A stretch of 64,000 nucleotides of DNA from an uncultured Alphaproteobacteria bacterium. GTDB lineage: Bacteria; Pseudomonadota; Alphaproteobacteria; Puniceispirillales; Puniceispirillaceae. Positions 56,319 to 64,000 of the stretch are shown piece after piece. The stretch covers positions 20,902-84,901 of the forward strand of contig CALKVA010000008.1 of NCBI GenBank assembly GCA_937996625.1, in the 5' to 3' direction. The notes under the pieces were generated by a model, which saw only the letters and a program-made list of their open reading frames with translations, was not told the origin of the DNA and made no database searches. The position numbers and the translations under genes are program-made. Each line of letters begins with the position of its first letter. Within the stretch, counting starts at the first letter, position 1.

Positions 56319-57862
56319 TCGCTTTCAAATAAAGTCTTGAACTGATCTCTCAATAAATTTTTCTGGACTTTTCCCATACTATTTCTTGGCAGTGATGACA
56401 CGAACGCCACATGTTTTGGGCGTTTGTAATTCACAAGCTGGCTAGATAAGTAATTTACCACATCTGTTTGTGAAAGCTCGGCATCTTGTTGGGTAACAAT
56501 AACCGCAATAACGGCCTCTCCAAAATCTGCATGAGGAACACCGACAACTGCACTCTCACTCACCTGTGTCAGCTCGTCCAAAACTGTTTCAATCTCTTTA
56601 GGGTAGATATTAAATCCCCCAGAAATGATTAAATCCTTCTCTCTGCCAACGATGGAGATATAGCCATCCTCATCACGGCAAGCAAGATCCCCTGATATGA
56701 AATATCCATCAGAGCGAAATTCTGCTGCTGTTTTTTCGGGATTCTGCCAATAGCCTGTAAATAGGTTCGGACCCTTCATCTCAAGACTTCCAACCTCACC
56801 TTCAGCAACCTCCTCCATCGTCTCTCCTGAGGTTATACGCACAGTTATACCGTCAAGCGGCATACCTACTGTACCAGCTTTTCTTGTTCCATCATAGGGG
56901 TTTGAGGTAATCATGTTCGCTTCTGTCATACCGTAGCGTTCCAGAATCGCATGACCTGTTTTCTGGGTCCATTCTTCATGTGTTTGCGCCAATAAGGGCG
57001 CTGAACCAGACACAAATAAACGCATATTCTGAGCCGCCGAAGATAAATCAGGATGCTGAAGCAAGCGTGTATAGAATGTAGGAACGCCCATTAGCGAGGT
57101 AGCTGACGGCATCGCTTGGATAACTTTTTCTGTATCAAATTTATCCATAAACAGCATTTCAGCACCACTTACCAATGCAACATTAGTAGCCACAAATAGC
57201 CCATGAGTATGAAAAACAGGTAGAGCATGTATTAACACATCCTGCGCACTAAACTTCCACTGCCTGCATAGCGTTGATGCATTTGAGCCTAATGCACGGT
57301 GAGGTATCATTGCGCCCTTTGGTCTTCCTGTTGTGCCAGATGTATATAAAATAGCTGCTATATCTTCTTCCTGCCGCTCAGCAACAGAAGTAAATTTAAC
57401 ATTCTTCGAATTTATATCTTCATAGAATGAACCAGACTTATCAGCACCCATACTATATATAAAAGGAACATTTGATTCGCGTGCGATTTGGAATAATGTT
57501 TCCATTCTATCAAGCATGCAGACAAAAATGGTGGGCTGAGAATCATTCAAATAATAAGATACTTCTGTATCTGTAAAATCAGGATTTAGCGGGATATAGA
57601 TTCCACCTGCCATTATCACAGCTACATATAAACACAAGCTGTCTGACGATTTTGGTGTTTGAACAACTATCCTGTCACCTGCCTTTAATCCTAAATTTTG
57701 AAAAAAAGCACAATAGCGCTCGCAAATGGCAAAAAATGCCTCTCTGGTTATGGGCGCATCACCATTAGCAAAACGAATGAGCGTAGCATCTGGAGAATCA
57801 GCTAGGTGAGTGGCCAGAAGATTGATAAGAGCATTAGGTGAATAAGAAGAAGATGGGTACAT
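56315..57862 (-). CDS. matB: malonyl-CoA synthetase-like acyl-CoA ligase (ANL superfamily)
   Basis: 515 aa. LYTSGTTGRPKGA. The long stretch IHALPVFHTHGLFVATNV...GVPTFYTRLL...RLFVSGSAPLL...GHAILERYGMTE...GKVQKNLLR is colinear with rhizobial MatB as I remember it. Confidence 0.75.
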   Translation of the reverse strand: MYPSSSYSPNALINLLATHLADSPDATLIRFANGDAPITREAFFAICERYCAFFQNLGLKAGDRIVVQTPKSSDSLCLYVAVIMAGGIYIPLNPDFTDTEVSYYLNDSQPTIFVCMLDRMETLFQIARESNVPFIYSMGADKSGSFYEDINSKNVKFTSVAERQEEDIAAILYTSGTTGRPKGAMIPHRALGSNASTLCRQWKFSAQDVLIHALPVFHTHGLFVATNVALVSGAEMLFMDKFDTEKVIQAMPSATSLMGVPTFYTRLLQHPDLSSAAQNMRLFVSGSAPLLAQTHEEWTQKTGHAILERYGMTEANMITSNPYDGTRKAGTVGMPLDGITVRITSGETMEEVAEGEVGSLEMKGPNLFTGYWQNPEKTAAEFRSDGYFISGDLACRDEDGYISIVGREKDLIISGGFNIYPKEIETVLDELTQVSESAVVGVPHADFGEAVIAVIVTQQDAELSQTDVVNYLSSQLVNYKRPKHVAFVSSLPRNSMGKVQKNLLRDQFKTLFESD

Positions 57863-57974
57863 GGCTGCTTTTTTTCAGATAAATTGTTTTGAAGGCTAGA
57901 AAATCCTAAAAAATACAAAGATAATCTCATTTTTTACTGTGTTTTCTTATAACAGCAACATATCAGAACTTCAT

Positions 57975-58020
57975 CTTTTTATTTCAGCCTATACATTATA
58001 GCCTTTTCATTTCGGCCTAT
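57975..58020. repeat. 18-bp imperfect direct repeat in the matB / ABC divergent promoter region
   Basis: CTTTTTATTTCAGCCTAT (57975-57992) and CTTTTCATTTCGGCCTAT (58003-58020) are 16/18 identical, with starts 28 bp apart. Confidence 0.45.
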
Positions 58021-58114
58021 TTATTTCAAGATGAAAAAAAACGTTGCAGCTGAAACATTTTTTTTACAAATAAAATATTTTCTTGTTGATCTAAACGAAT
58101 GCGATGCTAAGCTT

Positions 58115-58126
58115 ATTATCGATAAT
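58115..58126. promoter_or_regulatory. palindromic operator candidate ATTATCGATAAT (copy 4 of 5)
   Basis: Perfect 12-bp palindrome in the matB / ABC-operon divergent region, 28-40 nt upstream of the ABC ATPase start. Flanked by CTAAG...CTTAG. Confidence 0.55.
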
Positions 58127-58154
58127 CTTAGTGATGTTACTTTAAATATTCACC

Positions 58155-58958
58155 ATGGGGGAAAATATGGCCGCGTCTGCTAAAAAGGCAGAAGACCTTT
58201 CACAATTTGGTCAAACTGTTATAGAAGGAAAAAATGTAACAAAAATCTTCGGAGAAACTGTTACAGCACTCGAAGGAGCTAATTTTGATATCCAAGCTGG
58301 TGAATTTATTTCACTCGTTGGACCTAGCGGTTGTGGTAAATCGACATTATTGCGCCTTGTGGCAGGATTAATTGAAAAAACTTCTGGTGATGTTAAAGTT
58401 AACGATGATTTAGTGACCAAACCACGAACTGATATTGGTATGATGTTTCAGAAAGCGGTGCTACTTGATTGGCGTACAGCGATAGAAAATGTTCTATTGC
58501 CATCTGAAATGAAACACCGAATTACTCAAGAAGACAAAGATAAAGCGATGGCCTCCCTTGAGCTTGTTGGATTGAAGGGATTCGAATTTCATTTTCCAAA
58601 GCAATTATCAGGCGGAATGCAGCAACGTGTAGCACTCGCAAGGCTTATTCAAACAGGCGCTGATATTATGCTAATGGATGAACCTTTTGGTGCTCTTGAT
58701 GAATTCACAAGAGAGCGCTTGAACGTTGAGTTAATGCGTATTGTCGGTGAACTAAAAGCAACAACATTGTTTGTGACACACAATATTCAAGAAGCAATTT
58801 ACCTTGCGGACAGAGTGATGGTTATGACACCACGCCCTGGAAAAATAGCAGAGATTATCGAAGTCAAGTTCGAACGTCCAAGAGATATATCTATTCAGAC
58901 CAGTCGTGAATTTAATATAATCATAGAGCAGGTGAGAGACACGTTGGGGAGTCATTGA
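58155..58958 (+). CDS. ABC transporter ATP-binding protein, NitT/TauT (nitrate/sulfonate/bicarbonate) family
   Basis: Walker A GPSGCGKST, signature LSGGMQQR, Walker B LMDEPFGALD. The in-frame ATG at 58167 has a GGGGGA SD and is the likelier start. Confidence 0.88.
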   Translation: MGENMAASAKKAEDLSQFGQTVIEGKNVTKIFGETVTALEGANFDIQAGEFISLVGPSGCGKSTLLRLVAGLIEKTSGDVKVNDDLVTKPRTDIGMMFQKAVLLDWRTAIENVLLPSEMKHRITQEDKDKAMASLELVGLKGFEFHFPKQLSGGMQQRVALARLIQTGADIMLMDEPFGALDEFTRERLNVELMRIVGELKATTLFVTHNIQEAIYLADRVMVMTPRPGKIAEIIEVKFERPRDISIQTSREFNIIIEQVRDTLGSH

Positions 58959-58962
58959 TTAG

Positions 58963-59820
58963 ATGTCCTATTCAACGAGCCAACAAACCAAAAATATTAG
59001 CTTATTTAAGACACTACCATTCCATTTGCTCATATTTGCTGCGCTTATTGTGATTTGGGAATTGACAAATCTCTACGGGTTTGAGGACCAAATTCAAGCG
59101 GATATGATTGCACCAAGACCAACTAACATTGTTCTTGCCATGCTTGATATTTTCATTGTCGATAAAACAGTTTGGAAACATCTGATATCTACTTTTCAAA
59201 AAGCTTTGTTAGGCGCAAGTATTGGTACTGCAATAGGTATGGGTTTAGCGATTGCAGCGACACTTAGCCTGACCTTCAGAAAATACATAAAGCCTTGGAT
59301 TATTTTAATGGAAGCAACACCTAGAATTGCTGTTGGTCCCATCTTTGTCGCTCTTTTAGGGTTCGGATTATGGTCAGCAGTTGCACTTGCTGCATTAGTT
59401 GCGTTCTTCGGCCCATTTGTAAATACGTTTCAAGGATTAATGGAAGTTGATGATGAAGCAGAAGAGATGTTTCGCTCTCTTGGAGCATCACGGTTTCAGA
59501 CATTCTGGAAGTTAAGATTTGCGTCCGCTATGGAACTAATATCAGCTGGTTGGAAACTTGCTACTGCTTCTGCATTTGGCGGCGCACTTGTTGCTGAATT
59601 TATTCAAGCAAGTGAGGGAATGGGCGTTCTAATTGCGCAATATGTGATCATGATTACCATGGATTACGCATTTGCAGGACTTTTATCCGTTACTATATTT
59701 GGATTTATATTATTTAAAATAATGGATTATTTCGACTACCGTCTGATTTTTTGGAAAAATGATTATCTTCTTTTAAAAGAAAGTGAAAAAAGACGCAAGA
59801 AAGCAGGGATTGTATCATGA
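58963..59820 (+). CDS. ABC transporter permease (NitT/TauT family), first of two
   Basis: 285-aa polytopic protein with a BPD_transp_1-type loop (FRSLGASRFQTFWKLRF). Confidence 0.85.
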   Translation: MSYSTSQQTKNISLFKTLPFHLLIFAALIVIWELTNLYGFEDQIQADMIAPRPTNIVLAMLDIFIVDKTVWKHLISTFQKALLGASIGTAIGMGLAIAATLSLTFRKYIKPWIILMEATPRIAVGPIFVALLGFGLWSAVALAALVAFFGPFVNTFQGLMEVDDEAEEMFRSLGASRFQTFWKLRFASAMELISAGWKLATASAFGGALVAEFIQASEGMGVLIAQYVIMITMDYAFAGLLSVTIFGFILFKIMDYFDYRLIFWKNDYLLLKESEKRRKKAGIVS

Positions 59821-60653
59821 AAACAGTAAGCTTTTTGGTATCGTTTTTAAAATATTCACTTAGTTTTATCCTAGTCCTTGGTTTATGGGAAGTGTACGCA
59901 AGATATGGAGGACTAAATGAGTTATTTTTGCCTCGCCCATCAAAAATTGGAGCTAAGCTATATAGCCTTTTCGTAAAGTTTGAAGTCATCGAGCAAGGCA
60001 CGATATATTGGCATTTTTTTGCAACGCTAGCACAAATGAGTATCGGATTTGTTTACGGAATAACGATTGGAACAACATTAGCGGTACTAGCAGCGTTTAA
60101 CGAAACATTTAGAAGATATGTTGCCCCTTATGCAGTTGTCTTTAATGTAACACCTGGTATTGCGGTTCTTCCATTAATTATTGCTTGGTTCGGTTTTGGC
60201 TGGGAATCCAAGATTGCTTTGGCAACATTGGTATGTTTCTTCCCACCATTTATTAATACATTAACTGGTTTGTTAAAGAAGAATGACGAAGCGATTGAGC
60301 TGTTTCAGACAATTGGTGCAACTCAGTCACAATATTTCTGGAAGCAACAACTTCCAAATGCATTACCCGAGGTTTTTGCTGGATTAAAACTTGCAATCAC
60401 GACAGCGTTACTTGGCACGATTGTAGCGCAGTTTGGATCAGCAACTGAAGGGGTAGGAATTCTAATGCAGCGATTTGCGTTTAGGCTAGATATGGCTGGC
60501 TCGTTCGCTTCATTAGTTACGATGGCTATCATGGGTCTATTAGTTTTCACCATTGCAGAAGTGATGGACAGACGTATCGTGTTTTGGCGTGATGCCAAAG
60601 GTCTAGAGCGGGTGTCCAAAAAGAAGCAACGTAAACTAATGGTCAATGGGTAG
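59817..60653 (+). CDS. ABC transporter permease (NitT/TauT family), second of two
   Basis: 278 aa, paralogous to the previous gene (FQTIGATQSQYFWKQQLP). ATGA overlap. Confidence 0.85.
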   Translation: MKTVSFLVSFLKYSLSFILVLGLWEVYARYGGLNELFLPRPSKIGAKLYSLFVKFEVIEQGTIYWHFFATLAQMSIGFVYGITIGTTLAVLAAFNETFRRYVAPYAVVFNVTPGIAVLPLIIAWFGFGWESKIALATLVCFFPPFINTLTGLLKKNDEAIELFQTIGATQSQYFWKQQLPNALPEVFAGLKLAITTALLGTIVAQFGSATEGVGILMQRFAFRLDMAGSFASLVTMAIMGLLVFTIAEVMDRRIVFWRDAKGLERVSKKKQRKLMVNG

Positions 60654-60690
60654 GCAAAAAAAGTGAAGACCTTAATGTGAGGTTTTTAAA

Positions 60691-61761
60691 ATGAGCGTAA
60701 GGGAGAAAAATATGCTTAAAAAAATATTAGCGACCGCGATAGCAGTTGCAGTGATATCGCCAATGTCAGCTATGGCTGGCGGACACCTGGATAAAATCAC
60801 AATTATCCAACCTTCTTATCCGTCAATGATTTTCTGGCCGTCACATATCAGTGCACAGCTAGGATTTTATGAGGAGCAAGGTATTGACCCAACATATCTT
60901 GATGGTGATACAACCGTTCCATATCAGGCTTTCCTATTAAATGGACAAGCTGACTTTGCAATGCTTGACGGCCCTCAGGTTTTCCAGGGTGCCGCTGCAG
61001 GTATGGGTTTAAAAACTGCCTATTCAGTTCATAGTTCAGCACCAGAGGGTGTTTATGTAAATGATGATAGCCCACTTCAAAGCGTAACTGAGCTAAAAGG
61101 TAAGACTGTTGGTCTTGCATCAGACCGTGACCTTGCTTCTCTAAAAGTTGCATTAGCTCATGCTGATTCAAATACTGATGGTATTAGCACAGTTGTTGTT
61201 GGTGACGCGGGTCCTACATTGGCAAACGTATTTCTAAAAGGAACAGCTGCTGCATTCGCAGGTTCAATTTCTGACTTGGCAGCACTTGCAACCAAAGGTG
61301 TTATTGTAAGAGATATCACACCTCCATCAGCAAAAGTTGCTCCTGCAAACACATATGCTGTTAACGGCGCAACAATGATGGATAACTATGACAAATATTG
61401 TCGTTTCCTAAAAGCATACTCAATGGGTGTGCACGTTGGTCATTACAACCTAGATATCATTGCAGCTATGTCAAAGGCACCTGATGGTTCGCCAGCACAG
61501 TGGGAAGTTGAATCAGTGGGTAATTCCTACTTAGCAGCTGTGGCAAAACTTCAGTTACCACCAGAAGGTGACACATTATATGGCTTGGTAGCTGAGTCTG
61601 CATGGCTTACAGTTAACAATGATATGAAGATGATCGGTGCAGTAGACGCAGATTATGATACAAATGATTATCTTACACACGTATTCGAAGGCTGTGCAAA
61701 CAACTTCGATCGTGCGGCAGTTGAAGCAGCTGCTGATGCATGGATGGCTAAAAACGGTTAA
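60691..61761 (+). CDS. periplasmic substrate-binding protein, NMT1/THI5-like (NitT/TauT family)
   Basis: Signal peptide MLKKILATAIAVAVISPMSAMA. The ATG at 60712 has an AGGGAG SD and is the likelier start. Confidence 0.75.
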   Translation: MSVREKNMLKKILATAIAVAVISPMSAMAGGHLDKITIIQPSYPSMIFWPSHISAQLGFYEEQGIDPTYLDGDTTVPYQAFLLNGQADFAMLDGPQVFQGAAAGMGLKTAYSVHSSAPEGVYVNDDSPLQSVTELKGKTVGLASDRDLASLKVALAHADSNTDGISTVVVGDAGPTLANVFLKGTAAAFAGSISDLAALATKGVIVRDITPPSAKVAPANTYAVNGATMMDNYDKYCRFLKAYSMGVHVGHYNLDIIAAMSKAPDGSPAQWEVESVGNSYLAAVAKLQLPPEGDTLYGLVAESAWLTVNNDMKMIGAVDADYDTNDYLTHVFEGCANNFDRAAVEAAADAWMAKNG

Positions 61762-61783
61762 TCTAGCATTATAAAATAGATTT

Positions 61784-61815
61784 GGGCGCTTGAGTTATAT
61801 CAAGCGCCCTTTTTT
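61784..61815 (+). terminator. rho-independent terminator of the NitT/TauT-type ABC operon
   Basis: GGGCGCTTGA-gttata-TCAAGCGCCC perfect 10-bp stem followed by T6. Confidence 0.85.
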
Positions 61816-61845
61816 ATGCGTAAAATCATGCTTAATTAAAATTGA

Positions 61846-62715
61846 TTAAATAACAGGATTTGTAAGTGACCCCAATCCTGTAACGTTGATTGTAACAACA
61901 TCTCCAGATTTCAAAAACTTCGGAGGGTTGAAACCTATACCTACACCAACAGGTGTTCCAGTTGCAATTATATCTCCTGCAAGAAGTGTCCCTGTTAAGG
62001 TAAGAGTTTCAATTAAAGTTGGTATGTCAAATATGAGATCGCGAACCTCTGCTTGCTGGCGAACCTCATTATTCACAAGCGTTTGAATTTGCATAGATGG
62101 CAAATCACCTATTTCATCCTTGGTCACAATATAAGGACCCATCGGTCCAAACGTATCCAAGCCTTTTCCAATTGTCCATTGGTTATGCTTTTTCTGCAAC
62201 TCACGAGAAGTGACATCATTGATAATGACATACCCAAATACGTAATCCTGCCAATCAGCTTTGGCAACACGCCGCGCTGTTTTGCTAATTATCACACCAA
62301 GCTCACCTTCATAATCAACAGATTCTGTTGGATCAATTGAGGCATTAATGGCATCATTTGGCCCAATTAGCGATGTCATTGCTTTGGTGAAAATTATGGG
62401 CTCAGATGGAATTGTTTCTTTCTGAGTTGCATCGAAACCTGAATCAAAAAACTCCTTTGCATGTGCATAGTAATTTTTTCCAACACATACCATATCTCTG
62501 ATGAGATACGGTATCGGAGCTAGTATCTGAACATCGGTTAAATCTCTTCTCTCAGCAGTATCGATGATATCGTCCCAAGATGCCATATTACCATTGCGTA
62601 TAATAGATAGGACAGCCATATCGGCCCCCTCTCCTTCAACACAACAGACAAACTCATCGCCGATAATCATGCCTGCTTTTATGTTACCATTATCCTTTAC
62701 AGTTGCGAGTTTCAT
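61846..62715 (-). CDS. fumarylacetoacetate hydrolase (FAH) family protein
   Basis: 289 aa. DYEGELGVII, INDVTSRELQ, GTPVGVG motifs of the FAH C-terminal domain. Confidence 0.88.
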   Translation of the reverse strand: MKLATVKDNGNIKAGMIIGDEFVCCVEGEGADMAVLSIIRNGNMASWDDIIDTAERRDLTDVQILAPIPYLIRDMVCVGKNYYAHAKEFFDSGFDATQKETIPSEPIIFTKAMTSLIGPNDAINASIDPTESVDYEGELGVIISKTARRVAKADWQDYVFGYVIINDVTSRELQKKHNQWTIGKGLDTFGPMGPYIVTKDEIGDLPSMQIQTLVNNEVRQQAEVRDLIFDIPTLIETLTLTGTLLAGDIIATGTPVGVGIGFNPPKFLKSGDVVTINVTGLGSLTNPVI

Positions 62716-62758
62716 AACGCTCCTTCCTTCTGGTTATTTACTAAAAATACTCTAGCCA

Positions 62759-62770
62759 ATTATCGATAAA
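62759..62770. promoter_or_regulatory. palindromic operator candidate ATTATCGATAAA (copy 5 of 5)
   Basis: Exact TTATCGATAA at 62760-62769 in the 132-bp divergent region between the FAH gene (43 nt away) and the HIBADH-TauE pair (77 nt away). Confidence 0.55.
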
Positions 62771-62847
62771 TGTGAACATAATAATATCAACATTTTAATT
62801 AATAAAAAAAACTGCTGGATTAACAATAATAACAAAACGGAGTTATC

Positions 62848-63711
62848 ATGGGCGTGGGAATTATCGGACTTGGCGCAATGGGCGGAGCATATGCTCGAAA
62901 CTTATTGGCAGGGGGCATTTCGGTATCTGGTTTTGACCCAGATCCAGCTGCACAAGAAATGTTAAGTAAGGCAGGCGGCACGCCTCAGACCAGCTATGGT
63001 GACTGGCTTGGTGAGTGTGAGCTAGTAATCTTATCCCTAGCAAATATAAAAATTCTTGCAGATGCGACTCAAAAACTGAGTGGCATTTTAAAACCAGGAC
63101 AAGTTGTTTTGGAAACCGGAACTTTCACTCTCGAAACAAAACAGGCTGCAAAAAAGATGTTAGACAGCTGTGGCGCCATCCTACTGGATTGCCCTGTTAG
63201 CGGAACTGGCGCGCAAGCAGCGGTAGCTGATCTTGTGATGATGGCCAGTGGTTCAGAAGAGGCATTTACCAGAATAAAACCGCTATTAGAGCATTTTACA
63301 AAGTCAGTCCTTTATGCCGGACCTTTCGGAAATGGCTCTAAACTAAAATTTGTGGCAAATCATGCTGTGTACGTTCATAATTGCGCTGCAGCAGAAAGCC
63401 TTAATTACGGAATAACTCTTGGTTTAGACCCCAAAATGATATTTGAATTACTATCTAATGGAGCTGGTCAGTCAAAAATGTCTGATTTGCGTATGCCATT
63501 AATGATAGACCATGCCTATGAACCAGCTACAGCAAATATGACAATTGCTTATAAAGATATATCGGTCATCAGTGAGGATATTAAAAGCAACAATTGTTCA
63601 ACTCCACTTTTTGATGTTACCCAGAAATTATATGATGTAGCGAAAAAGGGCGTGCCTATTACATATGATACAGGTGCGGTTTATGAAGTTTATAAGCAAA
63701 AATTGGTTTAA
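62848..63711 (+). CDS. NAD(P)-dependent oxidoreductase, HIBADH family
   Basis: 287 aa. GIIGLGAMGGAYA Rossmann, GNGSKLKFVAN signature. Its stop overlaps the start of the next gene (TAATG). Confidence 0.85.
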   Translation: MGVGIIGLGAMGGAYARNLLAGGISVSGFDPDPAAQEMLSKAGGTPQTSYGDWLGECELVILSLANIKILADATQKLSGILKPGQVVLETGTFTLETKQAAKKMLDSCGAILLDCPVSGTGAQAAVADLVMMASGSEEAFTRIKPLLEHFTKSVLYAGPFGNGSKLKFVANHAVYVHNCAAAESLNYGITLGLDPKMIFELLSNGAGQSKMSDLRMPLMIDHAYEPATANMTIAYKDISVISEDIKSNNCSTPLFDVTQKLYDVAKKGVPITYDTGAVYEVYKQKLV

Positions 63712-64000
63712 TGACTTTTGAACCATATAGCTTTCTTACGATAGCTTCAATAATGCTTGCCTTAGTGCTTTCAGGCAGTGTGAAGGGTGTTTTTGGCATT
63801 GGGTTTCCTGTCGTTGCCATGGCAATCCTTCCACTATTTATTACACCCATTTCGGCTATAACCGTTATTGCACTTCCTATTGTAGTGACAAATATTCAGC
63901 AGCTTTTTTCAGAGAAAGAATGGAGGTACATAATTATAAAATACAGGTATATGGCGCTATTCATGCTACTTGCAAGTTTTCTATCAAGCCAGATACTTAC
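63711..64000 (+). CDS. TauE/SafE-family permease, N-terminal part (3' end outside the window)
   Basis: The ATG at 63711 shares its A with the TAA of the upstream gene. My translation MTFEPYSFLTIASIMLALVLSGSVKGVFGIGFPVVAMAILPLF... shows the family G-rich first helix pair. Below the ORF-track length cut-off because it is truncated. Confidence 0.65.
   Translation, partial: MTFEPYSFLTIASIMLALVLSGSVKGVFGIGFPVVAMAILPLFITPISAITVIALPIVVTNIQQLFSEKEWRYIIIKYRYMALFMLLASFLSSQIL

Noticed and set aside
57863-58154. TPP (THI-box) riboswitch upstream of the ABC operon with an NMT1/THI5-like binding protein (possible ThiXYZ-type pyrimidine importer)
   Set aside because: I could not find the conserved CTGAGA / ACCTGATCTGGATAATGCCAGCG-type elements or any GC-rich helices. 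The operon also has two permease genes, unlike ThiXYZ.
58031-58183. 50-aa ORF (MKKNVAAETFFLQIKYF...) spanning palindrome copy 4 and running into the ABC ATPase start
   Set aside because: There is no SD upstream, the ORF is very A+T-rich, and it overlaps the better-supported ATPase start. It is more likely promoter/5'-UTR sequence than a leader peptide, though a leader cannot be excluded without ribosome profiling.
60323-61352. Minus-strand ORFs 60323-60646, 60848-61171 and 61158-61352
   Set aside because: They are antisense to the second ABC permease gene and the substrate-binding protein gene.
1-64000. Search for rRNA, tRNA, tmRNA, CRISPR arrays, transposases, integrases, phage genes, toxin-antitoxin pairs or known defence systems
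   Set aside because: No ORF resembles these families. No intergenic gap longer than 303 bp exists, and none shows repeat-spacer periodicity or a GC-rich structured-RNA character. All long gaps are A+T-rich divergent promoter regions.
28000-64000. Calling the catabolic block a horizontally acquired genomic island
   Set aside because: There is no flanking tRNA, integrase, direct repeat or clear compositional break. Only local A+T-rich patches exist, for example in the cNMP gene. The term island would be unsupported.

Overview
This 64 kb window looks like chromosomal DNA from a fairly A+T-rich alphaproteobacterium. GC is roughly 40% by eye, not computed. The taxon call rests on two things: the hemC-hemD-(Mic60-like)-hemY-like synteny divergent from tsaD-gpsA, and an ECF sigma/ChrR-type pair. 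I call 63 protein-coding genes. Coding density is about 90%. I found no rRNA, tRNA, CRISPR, transposase, integrase or phage genes. Positions 1-27 kb are mostly housekeeping: argG, sodB, hpt, pyk, a liv-type branched-chain amino acid ABC operon, the heme cluster, tsaD, gpsA and an ArnT/ArnC-like lipid-glycosylation module. Positions 28-64 kb are a dense block of catabolic and transport genes of unknown substrate. It contains two ABC importers, several CoA-transferases and a CoA ligase, a MenB/BadI-like crotonase, amidohydrolase-2 enzymes, an IlvD-type dehydratase, an FAH-family enzyme and a ThDP enzyme. It also holds three of the window's four HIBADH-family reductases and two of its three TauE/SafE permeases. 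No recognisable DNA-binding regulator is encoded in this block. The best lead is read directly from the sequence. The perfect palindrome TATCGATA (12-mer A[AT]TATCGATAA[AT]) occurs exactly five times in the window. All five copies are intergenic and lie upstream of transcription units in the 42-63 kb block, which suggests one distributed regulon or catabolic system. Other leads are recurrent HIBADH-reductase + TauE modules, an orphan cyclase-ThDP-tandem OsmC-hydrolase operon, and a zinc-less ChrR-type anti-sigma factor. All protein assignments come from motif and family recognition by eye. No database search was possible, so substrate-level claims are hypotheses.
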